Assembly (NCBI GenBank): GCA_947478395.1
Contig: CANJVR010000002.1
Coordinates: 768,001 to 832,000 of the forward strand
Length of the DNA stretch: 64,000 nt
Direction: 5' to 3'
Source: Opitutia bacterium
Lineage (GTDB): Bacteria > Verrucomicrobiota > Verrucomicrobiia > Opitutales > Opitutaceae
The notes under the pieces are model-generated. The model did not search any database. It saw only the letters and a list, made by a program, of their open reading frames with translations, and was not told where the DNA came from. A program made the position numbers and the translations under genes. Within the stretch, counting starts at the first letter, position 1. Every line of letters begins with the position of its first letter. Positions 43,696-54,247 of this stretch are shown piece after piece.

Positions 43696-45201
43696 ATGAG
43701 CCACCCCACTCAAAAATTATCTTTCGTCGAAAAGGTAGGCTACAGCACCGGCGACGCGGCCGCGAACTTCGTCTTCATGACGATGGTTCTCTTTCAGCTG
43801 AATTTCTACACTGACGTCTTCGGCCTTTCCGCCAGCGCCGCCGCCGCGATCCTCCTCTGGCCGCGCCTCTGGGACGCGGTTTTCGATCCCATCATGGGCG
43901 TGCTCGCCGACCGCACCGAAACCCGCTGGGGCAAATTCCGCCCTTGGGTTCTATGGACTTCGATTCCGTGGGCCGTCGTCATGGTGCTCGCTTACACCAC
44001 GCCTCAAGGCTGGAGCACGGGCATGATGATCGCGTACGCCGGCATCACGAACACGATCCTGATGACGCTCTATTCGATGAACAACATGCCGTACGCGGCA
44101 TTGGGCGGGGTGATGACCGGCGACCTCGACGAACGCACCAAGCTCAACTCTTACCGCTTCGTCGCCGTCAACATCGCCCAGTTCATCGTCGGCGGCTTCA
44201 CGCTGCCGCTCGTTGCCAAGTTCGCCCGTGGCCACGACCGCGCGCACGGCTGGCAGATGACGATGACGCTCTGGGCCGTCGTCTGCCTCGTTTGCTTCGT
44301 CATCACGTTCCTCACGACGCGCGAGCGCATCAAACCCGTCGTCCAAACCCAGGCGTCGCCCAAGCAGGATTTCGCCGACCTGCTCAAGAATCGCCCGTGG
44401 CTCACCCTCGCCATCTTCACGGTGTTTAACTTTGCGATGCTGGCCTATCGTGGCGGCGCTCACTATAATTTTTTTCATCATTACGCCGACAAGGCCGCGA
44501 TGTTCGACTTCGTCGCAAAACTCGGTCTGACCTCCGCCGGGCCTGCGGGTGAACCTGGCGCCCTCGAATGGCTCGGCTATGTCGTTCACGGCACGCGCGA
44601 CAGTCTCGCGAATTCCAACGTGGCCGACGTATTCAACAGCATCGTCAACATGGCCGGCTTCGCCACAACGGTCGTCGTCATCATGCTTTCGAGCGGTTTC
44701 TCCCGCCGATTCGGCAAGAAAGCCGTGATCGGCACCGGCTTCGCGTTATCGGCGTTAAACGCCTTCGCTTACTATCTGCTCTCCCCAACCAACACGCTCG
44801 GCATGCTCGCGCTGCAGGTCACCGGCGCGATTGTTTACGCCCCCACAATCGCGGTCGCATGGGCGATGTATGCCGACGCCGCCGACTACTCGGAGTGGCA
44901 AACCGGACGCCGCTTCACCGGCATGGTGTTCGCCACAATCGGTTTCGCCCTCAAGTCAGGACTCGCCCTCGGCTCCGCCGCGTTCCTCTGGATCATGGCG
45001 GCCGCCTGGGCCTACGACACGAAACTACCCTCCGCGGCCAACGCCGTCCGCGGCTATTTTGTTTCCAGCAGCCTCATCGTTGGCTTGCTGTTCGTCGGCG
45101 CCACGCTGGCGATCGCCGCGTGCAAGCTAAACAAATCGCTCACCCTAAAAATGGCCGACGAGCTCGCCGATCGCCGGCGCTCCGCCGCTCCCTCCCCCTG
45201 A
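43696..45201 (+). CDS. GPH-family MFS sugar:cation symporter, second copy
   Basis: KVGYSTGD, ADRTETRWGKFRPW, NMPY and ADAADY. Confidence 0.92.
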   Translation: MSHPTQKLSFVEKVGYSTGDAAANFVFMTMVLFQLNFYTDVFGLSASAAAAILLWPRLWDAVFDPIMGVLADRTETRWGKFRPWVLWTSIPWAVVMVLAYTTPQGWSTGMMIAYAGITNTILMTLYSMNNMPYAALGGVMTGDLDERTKLNSYRFVAVNIAQFIVGGFTLPLVAKFARGHDRAHGWQMTMTLWAVVCLVCFVITFLTTRERIKPVVQTQASPKQDFADLLKNRPWLTLAIFTVFNFAMLAYRGGAHYNFFHHYADKAAMFDFVAKLGLTSAGPAGEPGALEWLGYVVHGTRDSLANSNVADVFNSIVNMAGFATTVVVIMLSSGFSRRFGKKAVIGTGFALSALNAFAYYLLSPTNTLGMLALQVTGAIVYAPTIAVAWAMYADAADYSEWQTGRRFTGMVFATIGFALKSGLALGSAAFLWIMAAAWAYDTKLPSAANAVRGYFVSSSLIVGLLFVGATLAIAACKLNKSLTLKMADELADRRRSAAPSP

Positions 45202-47342
45202 TGCACCGCTCCCACGCTCTCGTTCCGCTCTGCGCCCTCGTCGTCAGCTTGCTCCTATCGCTGACTGCGCGCGCCGACGACGGCTACCGGCTCTGGCTCC
45301 GCTACGATCGGATCGCGGATGAAAAACTCCGCGCCGACTACTCCGCCGCCCTGACGCGCATTGTGCTGGCAACGCCTTCCGGCACCGAGTCGCCGACCGT
45401 CGCCGCCGCGCGCGATGAGCTAACGACCGCCCTGCGCGGCCTCATCGCCGCCGAGGCGAAGGTCGCTGTTGCAAAAGCCGGCGCAGATCTTCCGTCAGGG
45501 GCCGAAGCCTTCACCATCATCAGCCGCAACGGCAACGTAACCATCACCGGCGGCAGCGACGTGGCCGTGCTCTATGGCTCATTCGCCCTGCTGCGGCAGC
45601 TCCAGCTCAACCAACCCATTGACCGACTCGAAATTCACGACGGGCCCAAGATTCAGCGCCGCATGCTCAATCACTGGGACAATCTCGATCGCAGTATCGA
45701 ACGTGGCTACGCCGGCCAGTCGCTCTGGGAATGGGACAAACTCCCCGGCGAACTCAGCCCGCGCTACCGCGACTACGCGCGCGCCCTCGCCTCGATCGGG
45801 CTCAACGGTCTCACACCGACTAACGTCAACGCCAACATCCAGTTTCTCACGCCCGACTATCTCAAAAAAATTGCCGCGCTCGCCGATGTCTTCCGCCCCT
45901 ACGGCATCCGCATCTATCTCACCGCGAAATTCAGCGCGCCCGTCGAGCTCGGCAAACTCAAGACCGGCGATCCGCTCGATCCCGAAGTGATCCAATGGTG
46001 GCGCGCCAAAAGCGAAGAGATCTACCGAGCGATTCCCGACTTCGGCGGGTTCCTCATCAAGGCCAACTCCGAGGGCCAGCCCGGCCCGCAGGGCTACGGC
46101 CGCACGCACGCCGACGGCGCCAACGTCCTCGCCGACGCCGTCGCCTCGCACGGTGGCATCGTGATCTGGCGCGCGTTTGTCTACGACCCCGCCGTCGCCG
46201 ACGATCGCGCGAAGCAGGCCTACAACGAATTCGTCCCGCTCGACGGCAAGTTCCGCGACAACGTCGTCGTGCAGGTGAAAAACGGCCCGATCGACTTCAT
46301 GCCGCGCGAGCCGTTTCACCCGCTCTTCGGCGCGATGCCGAAGACACCACTCGCGCTCGAAATCCAGATCACGCAGGAATATCTCGGCGGCTCGACTGAG
46401 CTTTGCTTCCTCGCGCCGATGTGGAAGGAAGTGATCGACTCCGACACCTTACGCCCGAATCGAGGCTCAACCGTCGCCCGCGTGATCGATGGCACCGTGG
46501 CACGGGCGTCCCTGCCCGCAGCCACGAGCGTCGCTGCGCTCACCGTCATCGCCGGCGTCGCCAACACCGGCACCGATCGGAACTGGTGCGGCAACCAGCT
46601 GGCGCCCGCCAACTGGTATGCCTTCGGCCGGCTCGCGTGGGATCACACTCTCACCTCCGCGCAAGTCGCCGACGAATGGACGCGCCAGACTTTTTCCAAC
46701 GACCGCCGCGTCGTCGCCACCATCGTGCCGATGCTCCTCGCCTCGCACGAGGCCGTCGTGAACTACTCGATGCCTCTCGGCCTTCACCACATCATGGCGC
46801 GCAGCCACCACCAAGGTCCGGGCCCTTGGGTCACCGGCGGCCGCGCCGATCAGACGTCGGTTTATTTCCACCGCGCCGACGAAAAAGGCGTGGGCTTCGA
46901 TCGGACCGCCACGGGCTCCAACGCTCTCGGCCAATACGCACCCGCCGTCGCCTCACGCTGGGACGACCTCGCAAACTGCCCCGACGAGTATCTCCTCTGG
47001 TTTCACCACCTGCCGTGGGACTACAAAATGCGCTCTGGCAAAACACTCTGGACCGAAATCGCGCTCCATTACCAGACCGGCATCGACGCCGTGCGCGGCT
47101 GGCAAAAATCCTGGGACACCCTCCGCGGCGCAATCGACGACGAACGCTTCACCGCGACGCAGAAATTCTTCGCCCGGCAGGAGCACGAAGCCCGCATTTG
47201 GCGCGACGTTTGCACCCAATATTTCGCGACCTTCTCCAAACTGCCGCTCCCCGCTGCGTACGAGGTACCGGAACACCCGCTCGATTTCTACCGCGCGCTC
47301 CCCGCGCCTTTTTCCGTCGCGAAAAATCCATCGGCGAACTGA
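45201..47342 (+). CDS. aguA: GH67 alpha-glucuronidase, secreted
   Basis: DGYRLWLRY, NHWDNL..ERGYAG, KANSEGQPGP, KNGPIDF.PREP and QITQEYLG; TGATG coupling to the MFS gene. Confidence 0.93.
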   Translation: MHRSHALVPLCALVVSLLLSLTARADDGYRLWLRYDRIADEKLRADYSAALTRIVLATPSGTESPTVAAARDELTTALRGLIAAEAKVAVAKAGADLPSGAEAFTIISRNGNVTITGGSDVAVLYGSFALLRQLQLNQPIDRLEIHDGPKIQRRMLNHWDNLDRSIERGYAGQSLWEWDKLPGELSPRYRDYARALASIGLNGLTPTNVNANIQFLTPDYLKKIAALADVFRPYGIRIYLTAKFSAPVELGKLKTGDPLDPEVIQWWRAKSEEIYRAIPDFGGFLIKANSEGQPGPQGYGRTHADGANVLADAVASHGGIVIWRAFVYDPAVADDRAKQAYNEFVPLDGKFRDNVVVQVKNGPIDFMPREPFHPLFGAMPKTPLALEIQITQEYLGGSTELCFLAPMWKEVIDSDTLRPNRGSTVARVIDGTVARASLPAATSVAALTVIAGVANTGTDRNWCGNQLAPANWYAFGRLAWDHTLTSAQVADEWTRQTFSNDRRVVATIVPMLLASHEAVVNYSMPLGLHHIMARSHHQGPGPWVTGGRADQTSVYFHRADEKGVGFDRTATGSNALGQYAPAVASRWDDLANCPDEYLLWFHHLPWDYKMRSGKTLWTEIALHYQTGIDAVRGWQKSWDTLRGAIDDERFTATQKFFARQEHEARIWRDVCTQYFATFSKLPLPAAYEVPEHPLDFYRALPAPFSVAKNPSAN

Positions 47343-47378
47343 AAGGTTCGCGCGAAGAGTAATCGAGCTGACGCGATT

Positions 47379-48503
47379 TTAGTTTTTAGGACGCGCCGCG
47401 GTCGTGGCCGCCGAAAATCGAAATTCCGTCGAACTCGAAAACGTTTCGCCGGGGCGCAGAACCGTGGTTGGAAAATTCTCGTGGTGGATCGAGTCGGGGT
47501 AATGTTGCGTCTCGAGGCAGAAAAAACCGAAGCGCGGCGGAACCGGCTTTTCCGGCGTGCTCACGGGAAGAGCACTGAGCGAACTGGTGTAGAGCTGCAC
47601 GGCCGGCTCGGTCGTCCAAACTTCGAGCGCACGGCCCGTTGTCGGGTCGGAGATCGACGCGGCGCGCACGAGGCCGGGGCCGGTACGGTTGATCACAAAA
47701 TTATTATCGTAGTTCTTGCCGCGGCTACCCAGTTGATCGGCGCGGGCGCCCAGCGCGGTCGGCGTCGTGAAATCCACGGGCGTGCCTTTCACGCTGACGA
47801 TTTCGCCGGTGGGAATTTGCGTGGCATCAAACACCGTTGTGCGATCGGCGTCGATCGTGAGCCGGTAATCGGTCACGTCGCCTTCGCCCGCGAGATTGAA
47901 GTAGGCATGGTTCGTGAGGTTGACGATCGTCGGCTTGTCCGTCGTCGCGCTGTAGTCGATGCGGAGCACGTTGGCATCGGTGAGCGTGTAGGTGACCGTG
48001 GCGGTGAGCCGGCCGGGGAAACCCTCCTCGCCGTCGGCGCTGATGTAGGTGAGTCGCACCGCACTGCCCGTGGCGGACTCGAGCGGCTGGCCCTGCCAGA
48101 GCGCTTTGCCGAAACCCTTGAGGCCGCCGTGCAACGTGTGCGCGCCATTGTTGGCGGCGAGCGTGTAGTCGTGACCGTCGAGGGTGAAGCGAGCGTTGGC
48201 GACGCGGTTGGCGACCCGGCCAGGCACCATCGCGGCCTGCGGGAAGCCACGCCGGTAGTTGGCTTCGGAGAACGTGGCCTCGCGCACAACCTGGACGAGT
48301 TTACCGTCACGGTCCGGAATCTGGAGATCGGCGAGGATGGCGCCAAAAGTGATGACCTTCGCTTTTGCGCCGCGCGGACTGGTGAGAATGTAGGCGTCAA
48401 TCGTCGTGCCGTCGGCCGCGCGGCCAAAGACTTCGTGGGTCGCTGGTGCGGCCAGCGCCGCCGTGGCGGACGCAATAAATAGTGCGAAGAGGAAACGAAT
48501 CAT
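47379..48503 (-). CDS. galM: Aldose 1-epimerase (mutarotase) with signal peptide
   Basis: GRVANR, HTLHGG, EGFPG, NLTNHAYFNL, QLY and CLETQHYPD. Confidence 0.9.
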   Translation of the reverse strand: MIRFLFALFIASATAALAAPATHEVFGRAADGTTIDAYILTSPRGAKAKVITFGAILADLQIPDRDGKLVQVVREATFSEANYRRGFPQAAMVPGRVANRVANARFTLDGHDYTLAANNGAHTLHGGLKGFGKALWQGQPLESATGSAVRLTYISADGEEGFPGRLTATVTYTLTDANVLRIDYSATTDKPTIVNLTNHAYFNLAGEGDVTDYRLTIDADRTTVFDATQIPTGEIVSVKGTPVDFTTPTALGARADQLGSRGKNYDNNFVINRTGPGLVRAASISDPTTGRALEVWTTEPAVQLYTSSLSALPVSTPEKPVPPRFGFFCLETQHYPDSIHHENFPTTVLRPGETFSSSTEFRFSAATTAARPKN

Positions 48504-48589
48504 GGGTGAAGGGGTGAATGACATTGGACGAAATTTCCGGGAGAACGCTGAGGACTGGATTACCGATGCGCGATGTTAGCGGCGACCGA

Positions 48590-49354
48590 TCAAAAACCGA
48601 TGTTCGCGCCGCCGTCGACGGGAAGCGTCACGCCGGTGACGAATTTCGCGGCGGGTGATGCGAGGTAGACGGCGGCCCAGCCGACGTCGCTCGGCGCTCC
48701 GAGCTTGGCGGCGGGGGTGCGTCCGAGAATTTTCGCTTTGCGGCCGGGGTCGCCATCGAGCGCCTTGCGGGACATCTCGGTCTCGATCCAGCCGGGGGCG
48801 ATGGCGTTGACGCGCACGCCGTGAGGGGAAAGTTCCGTCGCGTAGCCCTTCACCATCCCAACCATCGCGGTCTTTGCCGCAGTGTAGGCGATGACCAGCG
48901 GGATGCCAAACAGCGAGGCCATCGAGGCCGTGAACAAAATCGTGCCGTGCTTCCGCGCGATCATCCCAGGCGCGACGGCGCGAACGAGCGCATGCGCGCC
49001 CACGATATGGGTGTTGAGCACCATCTGGAATTCCGCGGGCGTCGTTTCGACCGCGGGCTTTTTCAGGTGAATGCCGGCGTTGTTGACGAGACAGGTGATG
49101 GCGCCGACTTCACGCGTAACGCGCTCGATGAGCGCAGCCGCGGCGTCGAGTTGCGTGATATCGTGGACGACAAAACTCGCGCGATCGCCGAGGGATTTAG
49201 CGGCAGCGCAGAGCTCCGGCTCGCGGCGGCCGACGAGCACGACGCGCGCACCTGCGGCGTGCATCGCCTGCGCCATCGCGAGTCCAATCCCAGTGCCGCC
49301 ACCGGTGATAAGGACGACTTCGCCTGAAAGTGAGAACGCGTCGGGAAAATTCAT
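48590..49354 (-). CDS. SDR oxidoreductase (gluconate 5-dehydrogenase/fructuronate reductase-like)
   Basis: TGGGTGIG, NNAG, YTAAK and VNAIAPG; ATGA overlap with uxuA. Confidence 0.85.
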   Translation of the reverse strand: MNFPDAFSLSGEVVLITGGGTGIGLAMAQAMHAAGARVVLVGRREPELCAAAKSLGDRASFVVHDITQLDAAAALIERVTREVGAITCLVNNAGIHLKKPAVETTPAEFQMVLNTHIVGAHALVRAVAPGMIARKHGTILFTASMASLFGIPLVIAYTAAKTAMVGMVKGYATELSPHGVRVNAIAPGWIETEMSRKALDGDPGRKAKILGRTPAAKLGAPSDVGWAAVYLASPAAKFVTGVTLPVDGGANIGF

Positions 49355-50430
49355 TTCGTTTGGAGCGTTTGGAGACCGGCCTTGATGAAGCCCATCGCGA
49401 AGGCCATGCCCGCGTGCCAGGGCGCGGCGCACGACATTTGTGGCGCGTGATCAGGAATGATCACGCCTTCAAATTTATTTTTGTGGAGAATCGCGAGCAC
49501 GCGCAGCACGTCGACTTCGCCGTCATCGATAAACGTCTCTTTGTAGTAGGGCACCTTGTCCCGGACGTTACGGAGGTGGACATACCCAAGCCGGTTTTGG
49601 CGCGAGTAGTCGTCGACGACATCGTAGATGTTTCCCTCGGTCATCTCGGCGAGCGAACCCACGCAAAACTCGAGTGCGTTGGAAGGGCTCGAGTTGAGAT
49701 CGAGCACGCGCTGATACATCGACGGCTGGTAGACGAGCCGCGGTTGTCCGCGGATGGTCGGCATCGGAGGATCGTCGGGGTGGAGCGCGAGGCGCACGCC
49801 CGCCTTTTCCGCGACGGGCAGAACCTCATCGAGGAAACGCTGGAGTCGCGACCAGAGCTGCTCGTGCGTCGCCGCGGCAATCGTACCGGTGGCGCGCGTG
49901 GGTGCGGTGGGGTCGACGACCATGTTCCACGCGAGGCCGTTGGGCATCGGTAAATCGTAGGGGCCTTCCATGCCGACGGACGGCGCGCCGCCGCGCGCGT
50001 AGTTGCCCTTGGTGCGGCCGGCGACGCCCGCGATGGAAAAATTGTAGCCCATGATCGGCACGCCGGCTTCGCCGAGCCGGCGGATGATTGTTTTCACATT
50101 TTCGATGTGTTTCGCGCGCTGCGGACCATCCAACAAAATGTCATGCCAATGCGCCGGGTCGAAATTTTCGATAGCCTCGAGCTTCAGGCCGGCCGCCTCG
50201 ACGTCGCGGCGGATTTTCGTGATTTCATCGAGCGTCCAGAGTTGGTCCGGATCGCCGGCAAGGCCCCAGCCCCAGTCGGTGCCGGTCGGCTGGTCGTCGG
50301 GGCCGACGTGGTTGCCGCCGCGGAAATAATCGACCAAGTGCGCAACGATGTGCGTCGCGCCGCCCTGCCGCGCGAACGCGAAGTTTTCCGGCGTGAGCAT
50401 GTGGCGGTAGAGTCCGAGGCCGAGGTTCAT
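49351..50430 (-). CDS. uxuA: Mannonate dehydratase family protein
   Basis: YNF, LALHPDDPP, FCVGS, HLRNV and IPDHAP. Confidence 0.85.
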   Translation of the reverse strand: MNLGLGLYRHMLTPENFAFARQGGATHIVAHLVDYFRGGNHVGPDDQPTGTDWGWGLAGDPDQLWTLDEITKIRRDVEAAGLKLEAIENFDPAHWHDILLDGPQRAKHIENVKTIIRRLGEAGVPIMGYNFSIAGVAGRTKGNYARGGAPSVGMEGPYDLPMPNGLAWNMVVDPTAPTRATGTIAAATHEQLWSRLQRFLDEVLPVAEKAGVRLALHPDDPPMPTIRGQPRLVYQPSMYQRVLDLNSSPSNALEFCVGSLAEMTEGNIYDVVDDYSRQNRLGYVHLRNVRDKVPYYKETFIDDGEVDVLRVLAILHKNKFEGVIIPDHAPQMSCAAPWHAGMAFAMGFIKAGLQTLQTK

Positions 50431-50714
50431 GATTGGGAGGGTTTAAAGCTCGAAAACAGGGCAAAACGCAAACGCGGCCTACGGTTCACGTCAAAAATTC
50501 CATGGGGCGGCTCCGTCCGCCAGTTCGAGCGGACCTAGCGGAGAAACGGGACTAGAAGAGGACCGCGGTCGTCAGAATCCGGCGGCCTACGGCATCGCGG
50601 GCAAGTCTGAGGGGGCGGTAAAAGAGTTCGATCGGAGGGCGAGGACGGCGGAGCCTTTACTGACAGTGGCCCTACCCGACTCGCGCAACGCCCTCGGGCC
50701 CAAGCTCGAAAATT

Positions 50715-50789
50715 TGGAGGCGCGGGCCGGAATTGAACCGGCGCATAGAGCTTTTGCAGAGCTCGGCCTTACCACTTGGCTACCGCGCC
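50715..50789 (-). tRNA. tRNA-Cys (GCA)
   Basis: GGCGCGGTAGCCAAGTGGTAAGGCCGAGCTCTGCAAAAGCTCTATGCGCCGGTTCAATTCCGGCCCGCGCCTCCA: 7-bp acceptor stem, GAGCT/AGCTC anticodon stem, T-loop GTTCAAT, encoded CCA. Confidence 0.96.
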
Positions 50790-50906
50790 CAAAATCGAGG
50801 AGGGCGCACGTTGCAGAAAAAAAATCTGTCCCGCAAGTGCCGAAATAAAACGCCATCCGCACGCTTGCCGCGTGGCTTCCGACGCCGCAAACCAAAGTCT
50901 TCCTCC

Positions 50907-51686
<780 letters not shown>

Positions 51687-51695
51687 GACGCAGAC

Positions 51696-51770
51696 GTAGC
51701 GCGAGGCTTCAGCCCGCGTTCAGGGTTGGCCCCGGCTGCGTTCGGCACGCGGGCTGAAGCCGTGCGCGAC
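51696..51770. repeat. GTAG-type REP-like inverted doublet, second sequence family
   Basis: gtagcgcgaggcttcagcccgcgt (51696-51719) against acgcgggctgaagccgtgcgcgac (51747-51770), 3 mismatches. Confidence 0.7.
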
Positions 51771-51788
51771 CCGCCTAGCCGCTTGCAC

Positions 51789-51816
51789 CTACTCGCTACC
51801 CGCTACTCACTCCCCG
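51789..51816. repeat. Heptamer tandem repeat (CTACTCG-like x4)
   Basis: ctactcg ctacccg ctactca ctccccg. Confidence 0.55.
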
Positions 51817-51829
51817 CTGCTTCCGCTGC

Positions 51830-52639
51830 ATGTTTTCCTCCTTCGCCAAATATCGCCAGTCGTTCCTCATCGGGCTCCAGAGCAATCTGGTTTACCGGAT
51901 GAACTTCGCCGTACGCGGGTTCTTTTCGCTCTTCCACTTAGCCGTGGTCTTCATCCTGTGGGGCGCGGCGTTCGCCCACACTCCCACCATCGGCGGCTTT
52001 AACTTTGGCCAGACGCTCACCTATTTTCTGGTGATGCTCGTTATGCAGTTCTTCGTCGGCGCCTTCAACGAGGACTACCAGATCAGCGAGGAAATCCGCA
52101 ACGGCCTCATCAATCAGTTCATTCTGAAGCCCATCAATTATTTCCTCTACCGCTTCAGTATCTTCACGGCGGCGCGGCTCGTGACGGGCGCGTTGATCGT
52201 GATCCCGCTCCTGATCGCGCTGCCGCTGCTGAAGGACTACCTCACGTTGCCCCACGACGCGTGGCGTTTCGCGCTGGGTGTGCCGGCGATGGCGCTTTCG
52301 GCGCTAATCCAGTTCAGCATCGCATACTTTTTCGGCCTGCTGACGTTTTGGTTTCTCGAAATCCAGGGCTTTGTGATTCTCTCGATGGCCGTGGAGTCAT
52401 TGCTCGGCGGACAAATGTTTCCCCTCGATCTCCTGCCCGCGTGGATTTTTCGCACCGCGCAGTTCCTGCCTTTTTACTACCAGACCTATTTTCCCACCGC
52501 GATTTTCACCGGGCGCATCGACTTCGCCGCGACGGTCCAAGGCCTCGGCCTGCAACTGGGGTGGGTGCTGATCCTGCTCGCGGTCAACCAAGTGCTTTGG
52601 ACGCGTGGTCTGCGGCGCCACACCGCGGTCGGCGGCTGA
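51830..52639 (+). CDS. ABC-2 family permease (DUF990-like)
   Basis: YR.NF, EEIRNG..ILKP, FPLDLLP and LPF; six TM segments. Confidence 0.82.
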   Translation: MFSSFAKYRQSFLIGLQSNLVYRMNFAVRGFFSLFHLAVVFILWGAAFAHTPTIGGFNFGQTLTYFLVMLVMQFFVGAFNEDYQISEEIRNGLINQFILKPINYFLYRFSIFTAARLVTGALIVIPLLIALPLLKDYLTLPHDAWRFALGVPAMALSALIQFSIAYFFGLLTFWFLEIQGFVILSMAVESLLGGQMFPLDLLPAWIFRTAQFLPFYYQTYFPTAIFTGRIDFAATVQGLGLQLGWVLILLAVNQVLWTRGLRRHTAVGG

Positions 52640-52655
52640 ACTTCAAATTTTCCGC

Positions 52656-53444
52656 ATGACGAAATATTTTGAAATCTGGCTCGCGAGCGCCCGCTACTCG
52701 GTCACGCGCACGCTGATGTTTCGCTTCGATTTTTTCCTCTGGGCGATGGTCGAACTGTTCTGGATGAGCGTGAATCTCCTGATGATCTCGGTGATTTACC
52801 AGCACACCGATTCCATCGCCGGCTGGAGCAAATACGAGATGATCCTGCTCGTGGGGACCTCGCTGCTCGTGCAGCGCTTTCTGATGGGATTTTTCTGGAG
52901 CAGCCTCTTTGAAATGGGCCGCAACATTAAGAGCGGCAACTTCGACTTCTTCCTCGCGCAGCCCGGCAACATTTTGTTCATGGCGTCGACGCGCAAGCTC
53001 GACCTCGACGGGCTGATGAACTCGATGGTCGCGATGGGCATCGTCGCTTATGCGGCGCACAAACTCGGCCTGCATCCCACCCTGCTCGACGTGGCGCTGT
53101 ATGGGCTGATGATTTTTTGCGGCCTGATTATTCACTACAGCATGCTCGTGCTGACCATCTCGCTGGCGTTCTGGCTCACGAGCGCACAGGGGATCGAAGG
53201 CAGCTACTTCACGCTCTCGGAATTTTCCCGCTTGCCACGCGCCGCGTTCAAGGGCGTCGCGAGCCTGCTCTTCGTTTGGTTGCTGCCCGTGGTGGTCGTC
53301 AGCAACGCGCCCGCCGAGACCCTCATCCGTGGTTTCCAGCCCTCATGGGCGCTGGGCTTGGTCGCCGCCGCGCTCGTGTGGTTCGCCGCGGCGGTCTTCG
53401 TTTTCCACCGTGGCTTGCGGCGCTATGCCAGCGCGAGTTCATGA
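52656..53444 (+). CDS. ABC-2 family permease, partner subunit
   Basis: FRFDF, IAGWS, IKSGNFD and GLRRYASASS. Confidence 0.82.
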   Translation: MTKYFEIWLASARYSVTRTLMFRFDFFLWAMVELFWMSVNLLMISVIYQHTDSIAGWSKYEMILLVGTSLLVQRFLMGFFWSSLFEMGRNIKSGNFDFFLAQPGNILFMASTRKLDLDGLMNSMVAMGIVAYAAHKLGLHPTLLDVALYGLMIFCGLIIHYSMLVLTISLAFWLTSAQGIEGSYFTLSEFSRLPRAAFKGVASLLFVWLLPVVVVSNAPAETLIRGFQPSWALGLVAAALVWFAAAVFVFHRGLRRYASASS

Positions 53445-54172
53445 GCGAGGCCATCCCCGAACTTCCGGCCCGGCTCGGCTACGCCTTTCGCGATCCGGCG
53501 TTGCTCGCACGGGCGCTCACCCATCCCTCTTTCGCGGCGGAGAAACCGGGCCTGGAAAATAACCAGCGGCTTGAATTCCTCGGCGATGCTGTGCTGCAAA
53601 TCCTGCTCGCCGAGACGCTTTTTCACCTTTTTCCCACGGAACGTGAAGGCGTACTAAGCAAACGACGCTCGCTCCTGGTCAACCAAGGGTTCCTCGCCAC
53701 GCTCGCCCGGGAAATCGGTCTCGACGCGCTGCTGCGCCTCGCCGACGCCGAGGACAAGGCCGGCGGACGCCAGCGTGTGTCCGCGCTCGGCGACGCCTTC
53801 GAAGCCGTCGTCGGCGCCCTTTATCTCGACAGCGATCTCGCGACGACCCGCCGGGTGGTCCTGGATATTTACGGCGATTTAGCCGGACGCCTGGCGGCGA
53901 CCGAGGAAGGCGACAATCCGAAGGGCCGCTTACAGGAAAGAGTCCAGCCGTTGCACGGGAATCATGCCGTCCGCTACGAGGTGATTTCCACCGAAGGCGA
54001 AGACCACGCGCGCAGTTTTCACGTTGAAGTTTTTCTCCTGGAGCGTCCGCTCGGCCGGGGCCATGGCACGTCGAAGAAATTGGCCGAGGAAGCCGCCGCG
54101 CGGGCCGCGTTGGCCGCGTTGGGGCCGTCCGCGCCGCCACCTCCCCCGGAGGTCAGCTCGCTCGCGAACTGA
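53441..54172 (+). CDS. rnc: Ribonuclease III
   Basis: NQRLEFLGDAVL signature, DAFEA and a C-terminal dsRBD (NPKGRLQE, SKKLAE). Confidence 0.95.
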   Translation: MSEAIPELPARLGYAFRDPALLARALTHPSFAAEKPGLENNQRLEFLGDAVLQILLAETLFHLFPTEREGVLSKRRSLLVNQGFLATLAREIGLDALLRLADAEDKAGGRQRVSALGDAFEAVVGALYLDSDLATTRRVVLDIYGDLAGRLAATEEGDNPKGRLQERVQPLHGNHAVRYEVISTEGEDHARSFHVEVFLLERPLGRGHGTSKKLAEEAAARAALAALGPSAPPPPPEVSSLAN

Positions 54173-54247
54173 TCGCCACCGGGCACGGTGAAATGGCGGA
54201 AAACGCAGTTTGCCGTGCGGAGTTTCCTGAGTTCTGAATAACCTTTC

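Noticed and set aside
50460..50714. Possible ncRNA or riboswitch between uxuA and the tRNA
   Set aside because: No recognisable conserved motif or convincing structure by eye; an Rfam/Infernal scan would be needed.
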